NCBI RefSeq assembly: GCF_048629425.1
Contig: NZ_CP184532.1
Span: 413,398 to 445,397, forward strand
Reading direction: 5' to 3'
Source: Telmatobacter bradus
GTDB taxonomy: Bacteria > Acidobacteriota > Terriglobia > Terriglobales > Acidobacteriaceae
DNA length: 32,000 nucleotides
The notes under the pieces were generated by a model. The model saw nothing but the letters and a program-made list of their open reading frames with translations. It was not told where the DNA came from and searched no databases. This document shows positions 1 through 8,366 of the stretch, one piece after another. A program made the translations under genes and the position numbers. Within the stretch, counting starts at the first letter, position 1, and each line of letters opens with the position of its first letter.

Positions 1-62
1 ATCCTGGGAACGCGAGTTGGTCTACAACAATCGAAGAATAGATCGCTTGATAAACAAATTAG

Positions 63-1259
63 GGAACCTCTGAACAACCCCCTCCAAAACAACCCACAAC
101 AACGGATGCCCAGAAATAAATACGATCAGGCGTATCCAGCGTTGAAAAGTTGCTAAAAGTCGGTTGTCGTGCGGTGTCTATCGCGTGTCCTGAGGCCATT
201 TTCGGCCTCCAGACACACTACGCCCCCAGCGGGGCCTGATTCGGAATTAGCCGCTTGCGGTGTTGGTAGAGATTCACCAGCGCGAAGGCCGTCAGCAGCC
301 ACTCGTGATTCTTCTTGATGCCACGGTAGCGCACCTTGGTGTAATGAAATACGCGCTTCAAGATACGGAAAGGCCACTCCACCCGAGCGCGAACCTTGGA
401 CTTGGTGCGGTTCTTGCGCTTCTCTTCTTCGTCTACTTTGCCCTTGCTCTTCTTCACCCGCCGGTTGGTCATGTCCTGCGCCTGAGGAGCGGCCTCGTGG
501 ATCGCCTCGGTTTGCCCCTGATAACCGGCATCGCCCCAAACCTTTTTCTCATTGCCGTGTAGCAAGTCGGGCAGCATGTGTTTGTCGTGCACTGAGGCAG
601 CCGACGTGCACACCGAATGCACCACATTTTCCTTGCTATCAACGCCGATATGCGCCTTGGCCCCGAAGTAATACTGACCGCCCTTCTTGGTCTGGTGCAT
701 CTCCGGGTCGCGCTCCTTCTTCTCGTTCTTGGTCGAAGAAGGTGCAGAGATGATCGTGGCATCGACGATGGTGCCAGTCGAAATACGGATGCCCTGGCTG
801 GCCAGATACAGGTTCACCGTATCCAGAATCTTGCCGTTCAACTCGTGCTTTTCCAGTAGGTGGCGGAAGTTGAGGATGGTGGTTTCGTCTGGCGCGGCCG
901 CGCGACCGAGGTCGATTCCGGCAAAGCCGCGCAGCACCGGAGACTCGTAAAGAGCATCCTCTGCGCCAGGGTCCGACAAGTTGAACCAATCCTGGAGAAA
1001 GTAGATTCGCAGCATGATTCCGAGGCCAACGGGCTGACGTCCCTTGCCTGCCTTTGGGTAGAAAGGAGCAATCAATGCTTCAAGTTCTGACCAAGGAACG
1101 ATGGACTCCATCGAGGTGAGAAACGCCTCGCGGCGGCTCGTTCGTCCATACTTCTCAAAACTCGGCTGGCTGGCAAATGTTATCTGGCGCATCGCGTTCG
1201 CTATCCCTCTTCCATTTTATGAAAGAAGGGTGCGGATTTGCGACTTGTTCAGAGGTTCC
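63..1259 (-). mobile_element. Complete IS5-family insertion sequence (1197 bp)
   Basis: Perfect 15-bp terminal inverted repeats: GGAACCTCTGAACAA (63-77) and TTGTTCAGAGGTTCC (1245-1259). Flanked by the 4-bp direct repeat TTAG (59-62 and 1260-1263), which fits the YTAR target duplication of the IS5 group. One transposase ORF lies inside. Confidence 0.93.
218..1192 (-). CDS. IS5-family DDE transposase (324 aa)
   Basis: Full-length ORF. N-terminal FEKYGR..REAFL..M..VPW..L and C-terminal VEWPFRILKRVFHYTKVRYRGIKKN..L.TAFALVNL are hallmark IS5/DDE_Tnp_1 segments. It sits between the IRs. Confidence 0.95.
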   Translation of the reverse strand: MRQITFASQPSFEKYGRTSRREAFLTSMESIVPWSELEALIAPFYPKAGKGRQPVGLGIMLRIYFLQDWFNLSDPGAEDALYESPVLRGFAGIDLGRAAAPDETTILNFRHLLEKHELNGKILDTVNLYLASQGIRISTGTIVDATIISAPSSTKNEKKERDPEMHQTKKGGQYYFGAKAHIGVDSKENVVHSVCTSAASVHDKHMLPDLLHGNEKKVWGDAGYQGQTEAIHEAAPQAQDMTNRRVKKSKGKVDEEEKRKNRTKSKVRARVEWPFRILKRVFHYTKVRYRGIKKNHEWLLTAFALVNLYQHRKRLIPNQAPLGA

Positions 1260-1428
1260 TTAGGTTGACGCTTGACTACTTGGTAGGTTCCGATCCTGGC
1301 ACTACCCAAGGACCGAAAATGTCGGCTTGCCTCTCTCGATGAACTACACTGATCAGATAAGGATTTGAGCCCAAGATTCACGGACATATCACGATTGGGT
1401 GGGCTCTTCTGATCTAACGGGAGCCGTC

Positions 1429-3162
1429 ATGTCGTTGATGCCAACCGATGAGTTCTTGAGGCTGTTCCCAATTCGATCTTCATCTCTGGCTTGGTTTCTT
1501 GGTGCTGGGGCCTCAGCGTCGGCGCGGCTTCCTACGGCCGGGGACCTGGTTTGGCGATTCAAACGTGCCCTCTATTGCACGAGCAAGAAGGTAGACCCGA
1601 AAACGTGTCAAGACCTCGGCAATGAGGTGGTACGGGAACGCTTGCAACACTTTTTTGACTCTGCTGGAAGATATCCAGCCATCAATTCGCCGGAAGAGTA
1701 CGCCACCTATTTTGAGCTGACTTATCCCGACCCCGCCGACAGACGACGTTTCCTCGAAAACATGTTGCATGGAGCCACGCCAGCCTACGGTCATCAAATT
1801 TTAGCGGCGCTGATGAAAACCGGCAATGTGCGGTTGGTATGGACGACAAACTTTGATCGGCTAGTCGAGGATGCTGCAGCGGCAGCCTTCGGATCAACGT
1901 CGGCGCTCACAGTATCCACGATTGACTCCAGCAGCATCGCGTTGCGCGCCCTGAACGAAGGACGCTGGCCTGTACTCGGGAAGTTACATGGTGACTTCCA
2001 ATCGGTAGCGCTCAAGAACACAACGGAAGAGCTGAAGACACAAGAGAGCGATCTGCGCGCGACTCTCGTTGAATCATGCAAGCGTTTTGGCTTAATTGTC
2101 GCAGGATACAGTGGGCGTGATGAAAGTGTAATGAACGCTCTGGAAGAGGCGGTTTTGCAGCCAAACGCTTTTCCCGCCGGACTGTTTTGGGCCACCAAAA
2201 CAGGATGGTCTGTGTATCACAGAGTAGAGACGTTGCTCGCCCGCGCAGTGAGCGCAGGTATACAGGCGTCTCTAATCGAGGTTGAGACGTTTGACGAGTT
2301 AATGGGAGATCTCGCGCAGCAAATTGAGAGTCTGCCTGTAGATCTACTGGGAACGCTCAACAAGATGCGGTCCAAAATATCGAACGTGCCGCTACCAGGG
2401 CCTGGCTCGAACTGGCCGGTCGTTCGCATGAACGCAATTCCGGTGCTCAGCTGGCCCAAGGAGTGCCGCAAATTCGACGCTAAGATCGGCGGCGCGCGGG
2501 ACGTAAGGCTGCTTCTGGAAACCACTACAGCTAATTTGGTTGCCGTTCGCTCGCAGCACGGCATTCTGGCATTTGGTGCCGATAGTGAAATCCAACGTGT
2601 CTTCGCCGACCACAATCCAGAGAAGTTGAACGTACACTCTATAGAGGTTAGGCGTTTGTGGAAAGAAACTAACGAACTGAACCTACTCCGCAGCGCACTG
2701 GTCAATGGCTTGGTGGAAGGCGCACCGTTTGTGGTGTGGTCTGGGCGAGGCGTGCATGAAATTCGCCCGGATGATTCTGCCACCATGGCACCGCGCCTCG
2801 CGCCTCTCCGAGAAAAGCTGAAAACCATTGCCGGGGTGATTCCTGGAACCAACGTGAGGTGGTCCGAGGCGGTCGCAATCCGGTTGGAGTATCGCTTGGG
2901 ACGACTTTGGATGCTGCTCGAACCGACAGTATGGTTTGGCAATGCCGCGTCGGACGAGGAGAGGTATGAGTGTGGCGAATTCGTCCGCGAGCGACAGGCG
3001 CGGCGGTATAACCGACTGGCCGATACCATTCTGAACGCCTGGCTCCAAGTACTCCTTCCGGGAACCGGCGATGCGGAAGTCCGTGCATTTACGGATGAAC
3101 CAGGAATGGAAGCCCGATTCACGTTTTCTCGACGTACAGCGTTTGCGAGGCGGAGTTCATGA
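1429..3162 (+). CDS. SIR2-APAZ protein, the NADase effector subunit of a SPARSA short-pAgo system
   Basis: The N-terminal half carries SIR2-type motifs: FLGAGASASARLP, VWTTNFDRLVEDA, LGKLHGDF and IVAGYSGRDESVMNALEEA. The C-terminal ~300 aa is of APAZ-like size. The stop overlaps the pAgo start (ATGA at 3159-3162). The ATG at 1429 has a GGGAG 6 nt upstream; the GTG at 1399 is an alternative start. Confidence 0.85.
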   Translation: MSLMPTDEFLRLFPIRSSSLAWFLGAGASASARLPTAGDLVWRFKRALYCTSKKVDPKTCQDLGNEVVRERLQHFFDSAGRYPAINSPEEYATYFELTYPDPADRRRFLENMLHGATPAYGHQILAALMKTGNVRLVWTTNFDRLVEDAAAAAFGSTSALTVSTIDSSSIALRALNEGRWPVLGKLHGDFQSVALKNTTEELKTQESDLRATLVESCKRFGLIVAGYSGRDESVMNALEEAVLQPNAFPAGLFWATKTGWSVYHRVETLLARAVSAGIQASLIEVETFDELMGDLAQQIESLPVDLLGTLNKMRSKISNVPLPGPGSNWPVVRMNAIPVLSWPKECRKFDAKIGGARDVRLLLETTTANLVAVRSQHGILAFGADSEIQRVFADHNPEKLNVHSIEVRRLWKETNELNLLRSALVNGLVEGAPFVVWSGRGVHEIRPDDSATMAPRLAPLREKLKTIAGVIPGTNVRWSEAVAIRLEYRLGRLWMLLEPTVWFGNAASDEERYECGEFVRERQARRYNRLADTILNAWLQVLLPGTGDAEVRAFTDEPGMEARFTFSRRTAFARRSS

Positions 3163-4580
3163 AACCAGATATTGCAGCCATCTCCGGATACGGCAAGTCC
3201 AGTGAACCGCCCCTGCTATTCAGTCCTGAACGACAGGCCGACCGCGACATTCATCCTCTTCGGGGTTTAATGCAGTATGGACCCTACAGCAAGAACTTTA
3301 TCAACAAAGTCTTCGACCCCATCCGGGTTGCTACGATCTTTCCGGCTGGAATGAATACGCGGGTTCGCTCACTTTTCGATGAGTTCGAGCGCTCTCATAC
3401 TCCGCAGGAGCGCAAGGATTACCTGATTCCGTTTCCCGGCTTCCGGGCCGTATTCGGGGTGAGCCTCAAGCCAGCAGCAGGAGGATTGCACGCTGTCATC
3501 CCAGAAGATGCGGACGAAACCATCCACAACAGTCCGCATCCGCATATTGCACTCGCCCAACTCCTCACCGATGCCATGACCCGGCTAGATACCCGGAGGG
3601 GAGAATACGATGTGCTGCTCATCATGCTCCCTGATCGTTGGGAGTATGCCTTCGAAGGAGAAGACGATGGTTTTGACCTGCACGACTATATCAAGGCAAT
3701 CAATGCATCGCGCGGAACCCCGACACAATTTATCAACGAGAGCGGAGCACTAGACTACCGATGCCGTGCGAGCGTTATGTGGCGTCTAAGCATTGCTCTT
3801 TACTGCAAAGCAGGAGGTGTGCCGTGGAAGTTAGCGGACACCGATCCGACAGCAGCATTCATTGGCGTCAGCTATGCTATGAAGGTCGATGCCGTCGGCA
3901 AGGCTACGTTTGTGACCTGCTGCAGTCAGGTCTTCGATTCGGATGGGGCCGGGCTGGAGTTTGTAGCGCATGAAACCCGCGATGTGCACCAAGACGGAGA
4001 GAATCCATTTTTAAGCCGAAGCGAGATGCGGAGGATAATGGCGCGGAGCCTCAGCCTCTATCAGAGGAGACATGGCGGCCAGTCTCCGCAGAAGATCAGC
4101 GTTCATAAAACTACCGAGTTCAAAAAAGACGAGGTTGAAGGCTGCTTCGACGCCTTCGATTCCATTTCTGGCGTCGATCTCTATCAGATTAAACAGAAGG
4201 TTCCGTGGCATGGCTTTCTCTATGAGAATTCGTCATCCGCTGCGGCCTATCCTTGTGAACGCGGGATTTTCATTCCCATCGACGAACGGGAGGTTCTGGT
4301 TTGGACGCAGGGCGATGTACCCCAAGCGTCCACCAGTAAGCATTTCTACAAAGAAGGAAAAGGCATTCCTCACCCAATCGCGCTACGGCGATTTGCAGGT
4401 CACGGGAGCTGGGATGCGCCGGTGCAATCAATCCTGGGACTGACCAAGATGAATTGGAATAACGATCAACTGTACGACCGTTTACCAATCACTCTGCAAT
4501 ATGCAAGTAAGCTCGCTGGAACAATGAAGTCCATGCCGATCATATCGTCGCGACCGTATGAATTTCGATTGTTTATTTGA
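3159..4580 (+). CDS. Short prokaryotic Argonaute (MID-PIWI only, predicted catalytically inactive)
   Basis: 473 aa, too short for N/PAZ domains. MID 5'-end pocket-like residues (DLHDYIK ... TQFINE ... LYCKAGGVPWKL). The strand after the KxGGxPW helix reads FIGVSYAM where active PIWI domains carry the first catalytic Asp. Translationally coupled to the SIR2-APAZ gene. Confidence 0.85.
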   Translation: MKPDIAAISGYGKSSEPPLLFSPERQADRDIHPLRGLMQYGPYSKNFINKVFDPIRVATIFPAGMNTRVRSLFDEFERSHTPQERKDYLIPFPGFRAVFGVSLKPAAGGLHAVIPEDADETIHNSPHPHIALAQLLTDAMTRLDTRRGEYDVLLIMLPDRWEYAFEGEDDGFDLHDYIKAINASRGTPTQFINESGALDYRCRASVMWRLSIALYCKAGGVPWKLADTDPTAAFIGVSYAMKVDAVGKATFVTCCSQVFDSDGAGLEFVAHETRDVHQDGENPFLSRSEMRRIMARSLSLYQRRHGGQSPQKISVHKTTEFKKDEVEGCFDAFDSISGVDLYQIKQKVPWHGFLYENSSSAAAYPCERGIFIPIDEREVLVWTQGDVPQASTSKHFYKEGKGIPHPIALRRFAGHGSWDAPVQSILGLTKMNWNNDQLYDRLPITLQYASKLAGTMKSMPIISSRPYEFRLFI

Positions 4581-4722
4581 GCCTAATCCTTCGCACCTTG
4601 ATTAGAAACGAAAAACGCCGATGTAGCTGGAATGGATATTGGGCTTACGCACAATCGTAATGTCACCCGTTGGGAACTCCATCCGGTTTTGAGGGACGGC
4701 GTTTTCCGGAGATTCAACCACC

Positions 4723-5937
4723 TCATACTTTTTGTCGATTCCCGATAGATTCGATGACATATTTTAGTTGGTTGTCCTTGTCTGCTCGTGCTTTTTGCCA
4801 TTCGAAACCAACCTGTTCGTCCGGCTCGATAGGCGTGCCTTCAAGTACCGTGCCATTCCATGTGTAGTAGGCGCCAGTAGGCAATGCCAGCCGAAATCCC
4901 TGGCCTACCTTCACCGATGTTGCGGACAGGAGCTTGCCAGCGGTCTTTTCACCGACGATCCTGGCCAGATTGTTCTCCCGCGCGAACGCTACAATCATCT
5001 CGGCTGCGCTTGCAGTATGGCGGTTCACGAGGATGGTCACCCTTCCGTGGAACTCCTTGCGGCCCAGCCCTTCAGTCTCAAGGACGATGGGCGTCTTGGC
5101 CAGCATTGCCGGCGCAAATTTCAAAGCAAGCGGCCAGAGGGACTTCTTGGAAGTGGGAATAGCATTAAACCGCCGAAATCGCGGCTTCTCCGAATCCAGA
5201 TTGGGCTTGACACGCTTTTTATCGAGGGCGAACCCTACGGGAATCCTGTCGGGCGTGAGCAGGCTCATGATACGAAGGGCTCCGATCCCTCCTCCGGTAT
5301 TCCCGCGGAGGTCGATGATGAGGCTGTCGATCTTTCCCAACCCCTCAACGGCACACGAGATTTCGTTGGCCACTTCGACGCCGACCTGCCCAGGGAACAT
5401 CGCGACCTTCAGGTAGCCAAGGCCGTCTTCGAGATGGCGCGCCTCAACCAGCGTCGGCTCGACAAAGTGGAGTTTCTTTCCCTTGGGCCGCGCCACATCG
5501 ACCGCTACAACGCGCCGCTGATCGTCGCTGCCAACAATCTCCAGACTGGTCTGCTTGCCCATCGCAAAGACAGGATGCTCCGGCGGGGTAATCTCGCGAC
5601 CATCCACACTGAGAAGAATATCCCCTGACTTGATTCCGGCATTTGATGCTGCGCCGCCTGAGTGAACATCCTGAAATATCCAACGCTTGCCGAAAGGCGT
5701 CTCGTCGGCAAGGTAGGTTGCGCTCAGAGCGGCGCGGCTGGAAGCCCTGCGGGCGCTGCCGTGAAAGAAGCCCAGATGCGAGGTATGCAACTCTGCCAAC
5801 AAATCAGTCATGGCCTGCTCAAAGCCATCTGGCGTGCTGGCCGCTTCAATCAATGGCCGGTGGTGATCGACAGCGGCGCGCCAATCGCCATTCAACTTTT
5901 CAGGTTTATAGAAACGCTTGTCCAGGGCAGCCAGCAC
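4723..5937 (-). CDS. S41-family (C-terminal processing/tail-specific type) serine peptidase with PDZ domain; start codon uncertain
   Basis: PDZ-like GIKSGDILLSVDGREI. IIDLRGNTGGG. Catalytic Ser context VNRHTASAAEMI and Lys context GEKTAGK. The only canonical start is the GTG at 5937. The frame stays open 28 codons further upstream (to the TGA at 6022-6024) and encodes conserved-looking SQRDRRAILDNV with no ATG/GTG/TTG. Confidence 0.8.
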   Translation of the reverse strand: MLAALDKRFYKPEKLNGDWRAAVDHHRPLIEAASTPDGFEQAMTDLLAELHTSHLGFFHGSARRASSRAALSATYLADETPFGKRWIFQDVHSGGAASNAGIKSGDILLSVDGREITPPEHPVFAMGKQTSLEIVGSDDQRRVVAVDVARPKGKKLHFVEPTLVEARHLEDGLGYLKVAMFPGQVGVEVANEISCAVEGLGKIDSLIIDLRGNTGGGIGALRIMSLLTPDRIPVGFALDKKRVKPNLDSEKPRFRRFNAIPTSKKSLWPLALKFAPAMLAKTPIVLETEGLGRKEFHGRVTILVNRHTASAAEMIVAFARENNLARIVGEKTAGKLLSATSVKVGQGFRLALPTGAYYTWNGTVLEGTPIEPDEQVGFEWQKARADKDNQLKYVIESIGNRQKV

Positions 5938-7571
5938 ATTGTCGAGAATGGCGCGGCGGTCGCGTTGGGAAATGCAAGCGCGTAGGAGTGAGGGTTGTCC
6001 AGAACATACACCACCAAAAGCTCAGAGGGGCGGAGTTCGCGCTGGAGTTGGCCAAGATCAACCGGCTCTGGCGCTTTGCCTCCTGCGGTCGAATCTGTAT
6101 CGATCTGTAGTTCCGTATCATAGATGGAGTCAAGGATGTGCCTTCTGGCTGTCGAATCGTCGGTATTGAGCAAGTCGATGTTCAACTTCGTCAATCGCTG
6201 CTCGGCGGGAGTCAGTTCGTGTGGCGTCACCACCTCATGGTGCGCCAAGGACTGCGCCTCGACTCGCCCGCGGGCACGCTCGATCACGCGAAACGCGTCC
6301 GCTGTCCTGCCCTGATCGCATAGGAACTCGAAATATCCTGAGTAAACCTTACTGAGATCGGCAAGCAGTTGGCGTTCGACGGTTGGCGTCGGCACTCTAC
6401 TGAGCAGTGCGTCGAGCATGTCGGCGCTCTTCTCATACAGAATGATTGAGGACTTGCTGTCCCCAAGGCGAACCATGATTTCTGCCTTGATTGCAAGATC
6501 ACGTGGGACAAAGTACAGCTCATCGGGGATTTGTTCGTTGGATGCAATGGCCTCGTTGATTGCAATCAATGCCGGTTGCAACGCTCCTTGATGCAGGTAT
6601 GCCGCTGCAAGTGAGCCGTCAACCTGCGTCAAGCCGCGCCAGTACGAAAGTTGTTTGGCGTACTGAACGGCCTGACCGTAATCGGTCACTGCTTGATCCC
6701 ATTGGCCCATTCTCTCGTAGACGCCAGCTCTGGTCTGGTAAAGCTCATAGAGATGCCCGGCAAGGTGGTAGCCGCTCACTCGCCGCATCTCTTCACTGGC
6801 CAGCGCCAGAGCTTCCTTGTTCTCCCCAAGGCCACTGAGGGCCTCGACCTTGGCCGTAATGGCAATCGTCGGATACGCCACGCCGCGGGTCTTCTTGGCA
6901 ACCTTGATGGCTTCATCGAGCGGTCCAAGCGCCTCCTTGTACTTGCGCATTTCCACCAGGCCAGCGCCGTACATACTGGCGTATCGAATGTGAGCTCCTG
7001 GGTCGGCGGTCTTCGCAACGAACCATGCCTTAACCACTTTCTTCTTCGCTGTAGCAATGTCGCCGAGCAAGAATGCGGCAATTCCTTGCTCGCCCATTGC
7101 CCTGGACGCCAGCAGGTAATGGTGTCGGCGGATTGCCAGTGCCTCCACATCAGCCCATGTCTTCCGTGCCATCCCGGCGTCATAATTCACTTCGAGCATT
7201 CCGAGGACGGTCAGAACGCGAAGCCTGGTCTCTGGCTCCTGCGCCTCTGGCAGCGCCAGATCATGCGTCAACAACGCGATCTGCGCGGGGACGCTCGTTG
7301 ACGACTCGCTGTGTGCCGGCATTTCGCTGACCCGCGCGTAGAGCGCCTGCGAGAGCTGGCGTCTCTGGGTGAAGTGACTTTCCGCTTGTCGGTAAAGAGG
7401 TTCGGCCTCAATCCAGCTATTGAGCCACGACATCTCGTCGGCTCGCGCAACGATCGCCTCGGGAGAGACAAGATTCCTCCAGTGGAGGACTTCGCATCCG
7501 ACCACACCCAACAGGGCGACCAGCAGCAAACCGGCAGCAATGCGAAAGGAGGGGAGGAAAGCGATTCGCAT
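5892..7571 (-). CDS. Membrane-anchored TPR-repeat protein resembling the N-terminal (pre-CHAT) part of TPR-CHAT proteins
   Basis: The start at ATG 7571 (GAGG upstream) gives MRIAFLPSFRIAAGLLLVALLGVVG, a TM or signal anchor. Long helical TPR-like repeats follow (ALYARV, AKTADPGAHIRYASMYG, AGHLYELYQTRAGVYERMGQWDQAVTDYGQAVQYAK). The C-terminus LGQLQRELRPSELLVVYVLDNPHSYALAF matches the segment that normally leads into a CHAT domain. The ORF then ends inside the S41 gene. Confidence 0.7.
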   Translation of the reverse strand: MRIAFLPSFRIAAGLLLVALLGVVGCEVLHWRNLVSPEAIVARADEMSWLNSWIEAEPLYRQAESHFTQRRQLSQALYARVSEMPAHSESSTSVPAQIALLTHDLALPEAQEPETRLRVLTVLGMLEVNYDAGMARKTWADVEALAIRRHHYLLASRAMGEQGIAAFLLGDIATAKKKVVKAWFVAKTADPGAHIRYASMYGAGLVEMRKYKEALGPLDEAIKVAKKTRGVAYPTIAITAKVEALSGLGENKEALALASEEMRRVSGYHLAGHLYELYQTRAGVYERMGQWDQAVTDYGQAVQYAKQLSYWRGLTQVDGSLAAAYLHQGALQPALIAINEAIASNEQIPDELYFVPRDLAIKAEIMVRLGDSKSSIILYEKSADMLDALLSRVPTPTVERQLLADLSKVYSGYFEFLCDQGRTADAFRVIERARGRVEAQSLAHHEVVTPHELTPAEQRLTKLNIDLLNTDDSTARRHILDSIYDTELQIDTDSTAGGKAPEPVDLGQLQRELRPSELLVVYVLDNPHSYALAFPNATAAPFSTMCWLPWTSVSINLKS

Positions 7572-7784
7572 AACGCCTCGTTCACTTTGGACGTTCAGTT
7601 TGCCAGAAAGTGAGAGGCAGGACAAGACTGACTGACACACCCTTGTTGCGCGTGACAATCAGACGGCCGCGTTAAAATCCGTAGGTGTTGAGGATCGTGT
7701 TGGAAAAAGTTTGGCGGAAATGAGAATGATGGCTGAGTCTGAATTGAGCACCACACAGTTGGGCAAGGTATGGTTGGGGAAACT

Positions 7785-8366
7785 TTAGAGACCGTTCTGC
7801 TCTGTTGCCGCGGGGGCCATGCCGCGGTCCTCGCGGATCGCATCAACCCACAACTGCATGGTCAGATCCTCCCTCTTGGGAACACCGAGTTGCCAGCGTA
7901 ACTCAGTTGTGTAACGCTCACGAAGAATGTCGAGGTCAAAGGGAATGCTTCGCGCCAGGAAGCGAACGTCGTCGCGGTCTTTCTGGCTGTTTCTTTCGAG
8001 TTTCGATAGGGCCAGGTCGTAGGGGTCGAGCGCCATCAGATGGAGGTTGCGGTAGGCACCGGGGAACATCTCGGCAAGACGATCCTCGTAGCTCTCCGGG
8101 ATGGCGGCGACCGCCACGCGGTCAAGATAGATGTGGTACCTCTGATGCAGCGGCCCGCCGCGAATGCCAAGTTCCATTATGGTCTCTGCGGCGCTGCGTG
8201 GCGCAAGCTCGATGACATCGACATCCGCTGTCGGCCGCTCCAGTCCATAGAGCAATGTGACGACGAAACCGCCAATGCAGTCGAGACGCACGGTCGTATC
8301 GACTGCCTCATCCAACTCCCTGAAGAAGGAGTTCCACGGTTCCGGCGGCCGGTTAGAGGACGACAT
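7785..8366 (-). CDS. DUF6036-like nucleotidyltransferase-fold protein (putative toxin-like partner)
   Basis: 193 aa. Carries GGFVVTLLYGLERPTADVDV (a GG..Y/G..R.T.D.D NTase signature) and LDPYDLALSKLERNSQKDRDDV. The start overlaps the upstream XRE gene by 14 nt. Confidence 0.7.
   Translation of the reverse strand: MSSSNRPPEPWNSFFRELDEAVDTTVRLDCIGGFVVTLLYGLERPTADVDVIELAPRSAAETIMELGIRGGPLHQRYHIYLDRVAVAAIPESYEDRLAEMFPGAYRNLHLMALDPYDLALSKLERNSQKDRDDVRFLARSIPFDLDILRERYTTELRWQLGVPKREDLTMQLWVDAIREDRGMAPAATEQNGL

Noticed and set aside
1264-1398. TTGACG/TTGACT hexamers (1265-1278) as a SPARSA promoter right at the IS5 boundary.
   Set aside because: There is no acceptable -10 hexamer at 16-19 bp spacing from either hexamer. 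This is not enough to call a promoter.
2217-3122. A 301-aa ORF antisense to the SIR2-APAZ gene. Other long antisense or off-frame ORFs are similar: 4768-5628 against S41, 6651-7301 against TPR, 16442-17293 and 16185-16895 against MBL, 18424-19143 against DUF3150-like, and 19279-19956 and 19848-20519 against MoxR.
   Set aside because: Their composition is Ser/Arg/Pro-rich with no motifs. Each is fully shadowed by a gene with strong family signatures on the other strand or frame.
5892-6021. Programmed -1 ribosomal frameshifting as the explanation for the TPR/S41 overlap.
   Set aside because: I checked every codon triplet in the co-open region in the TPR frame and found no canonical X XXY YYZ slippery heptamer. 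G AAA AGT just before the stop is not a good slip site. A mutational or assembly indel, or genuinely overlapping genes, is more likely. The anomaly itself is retained as a finding.
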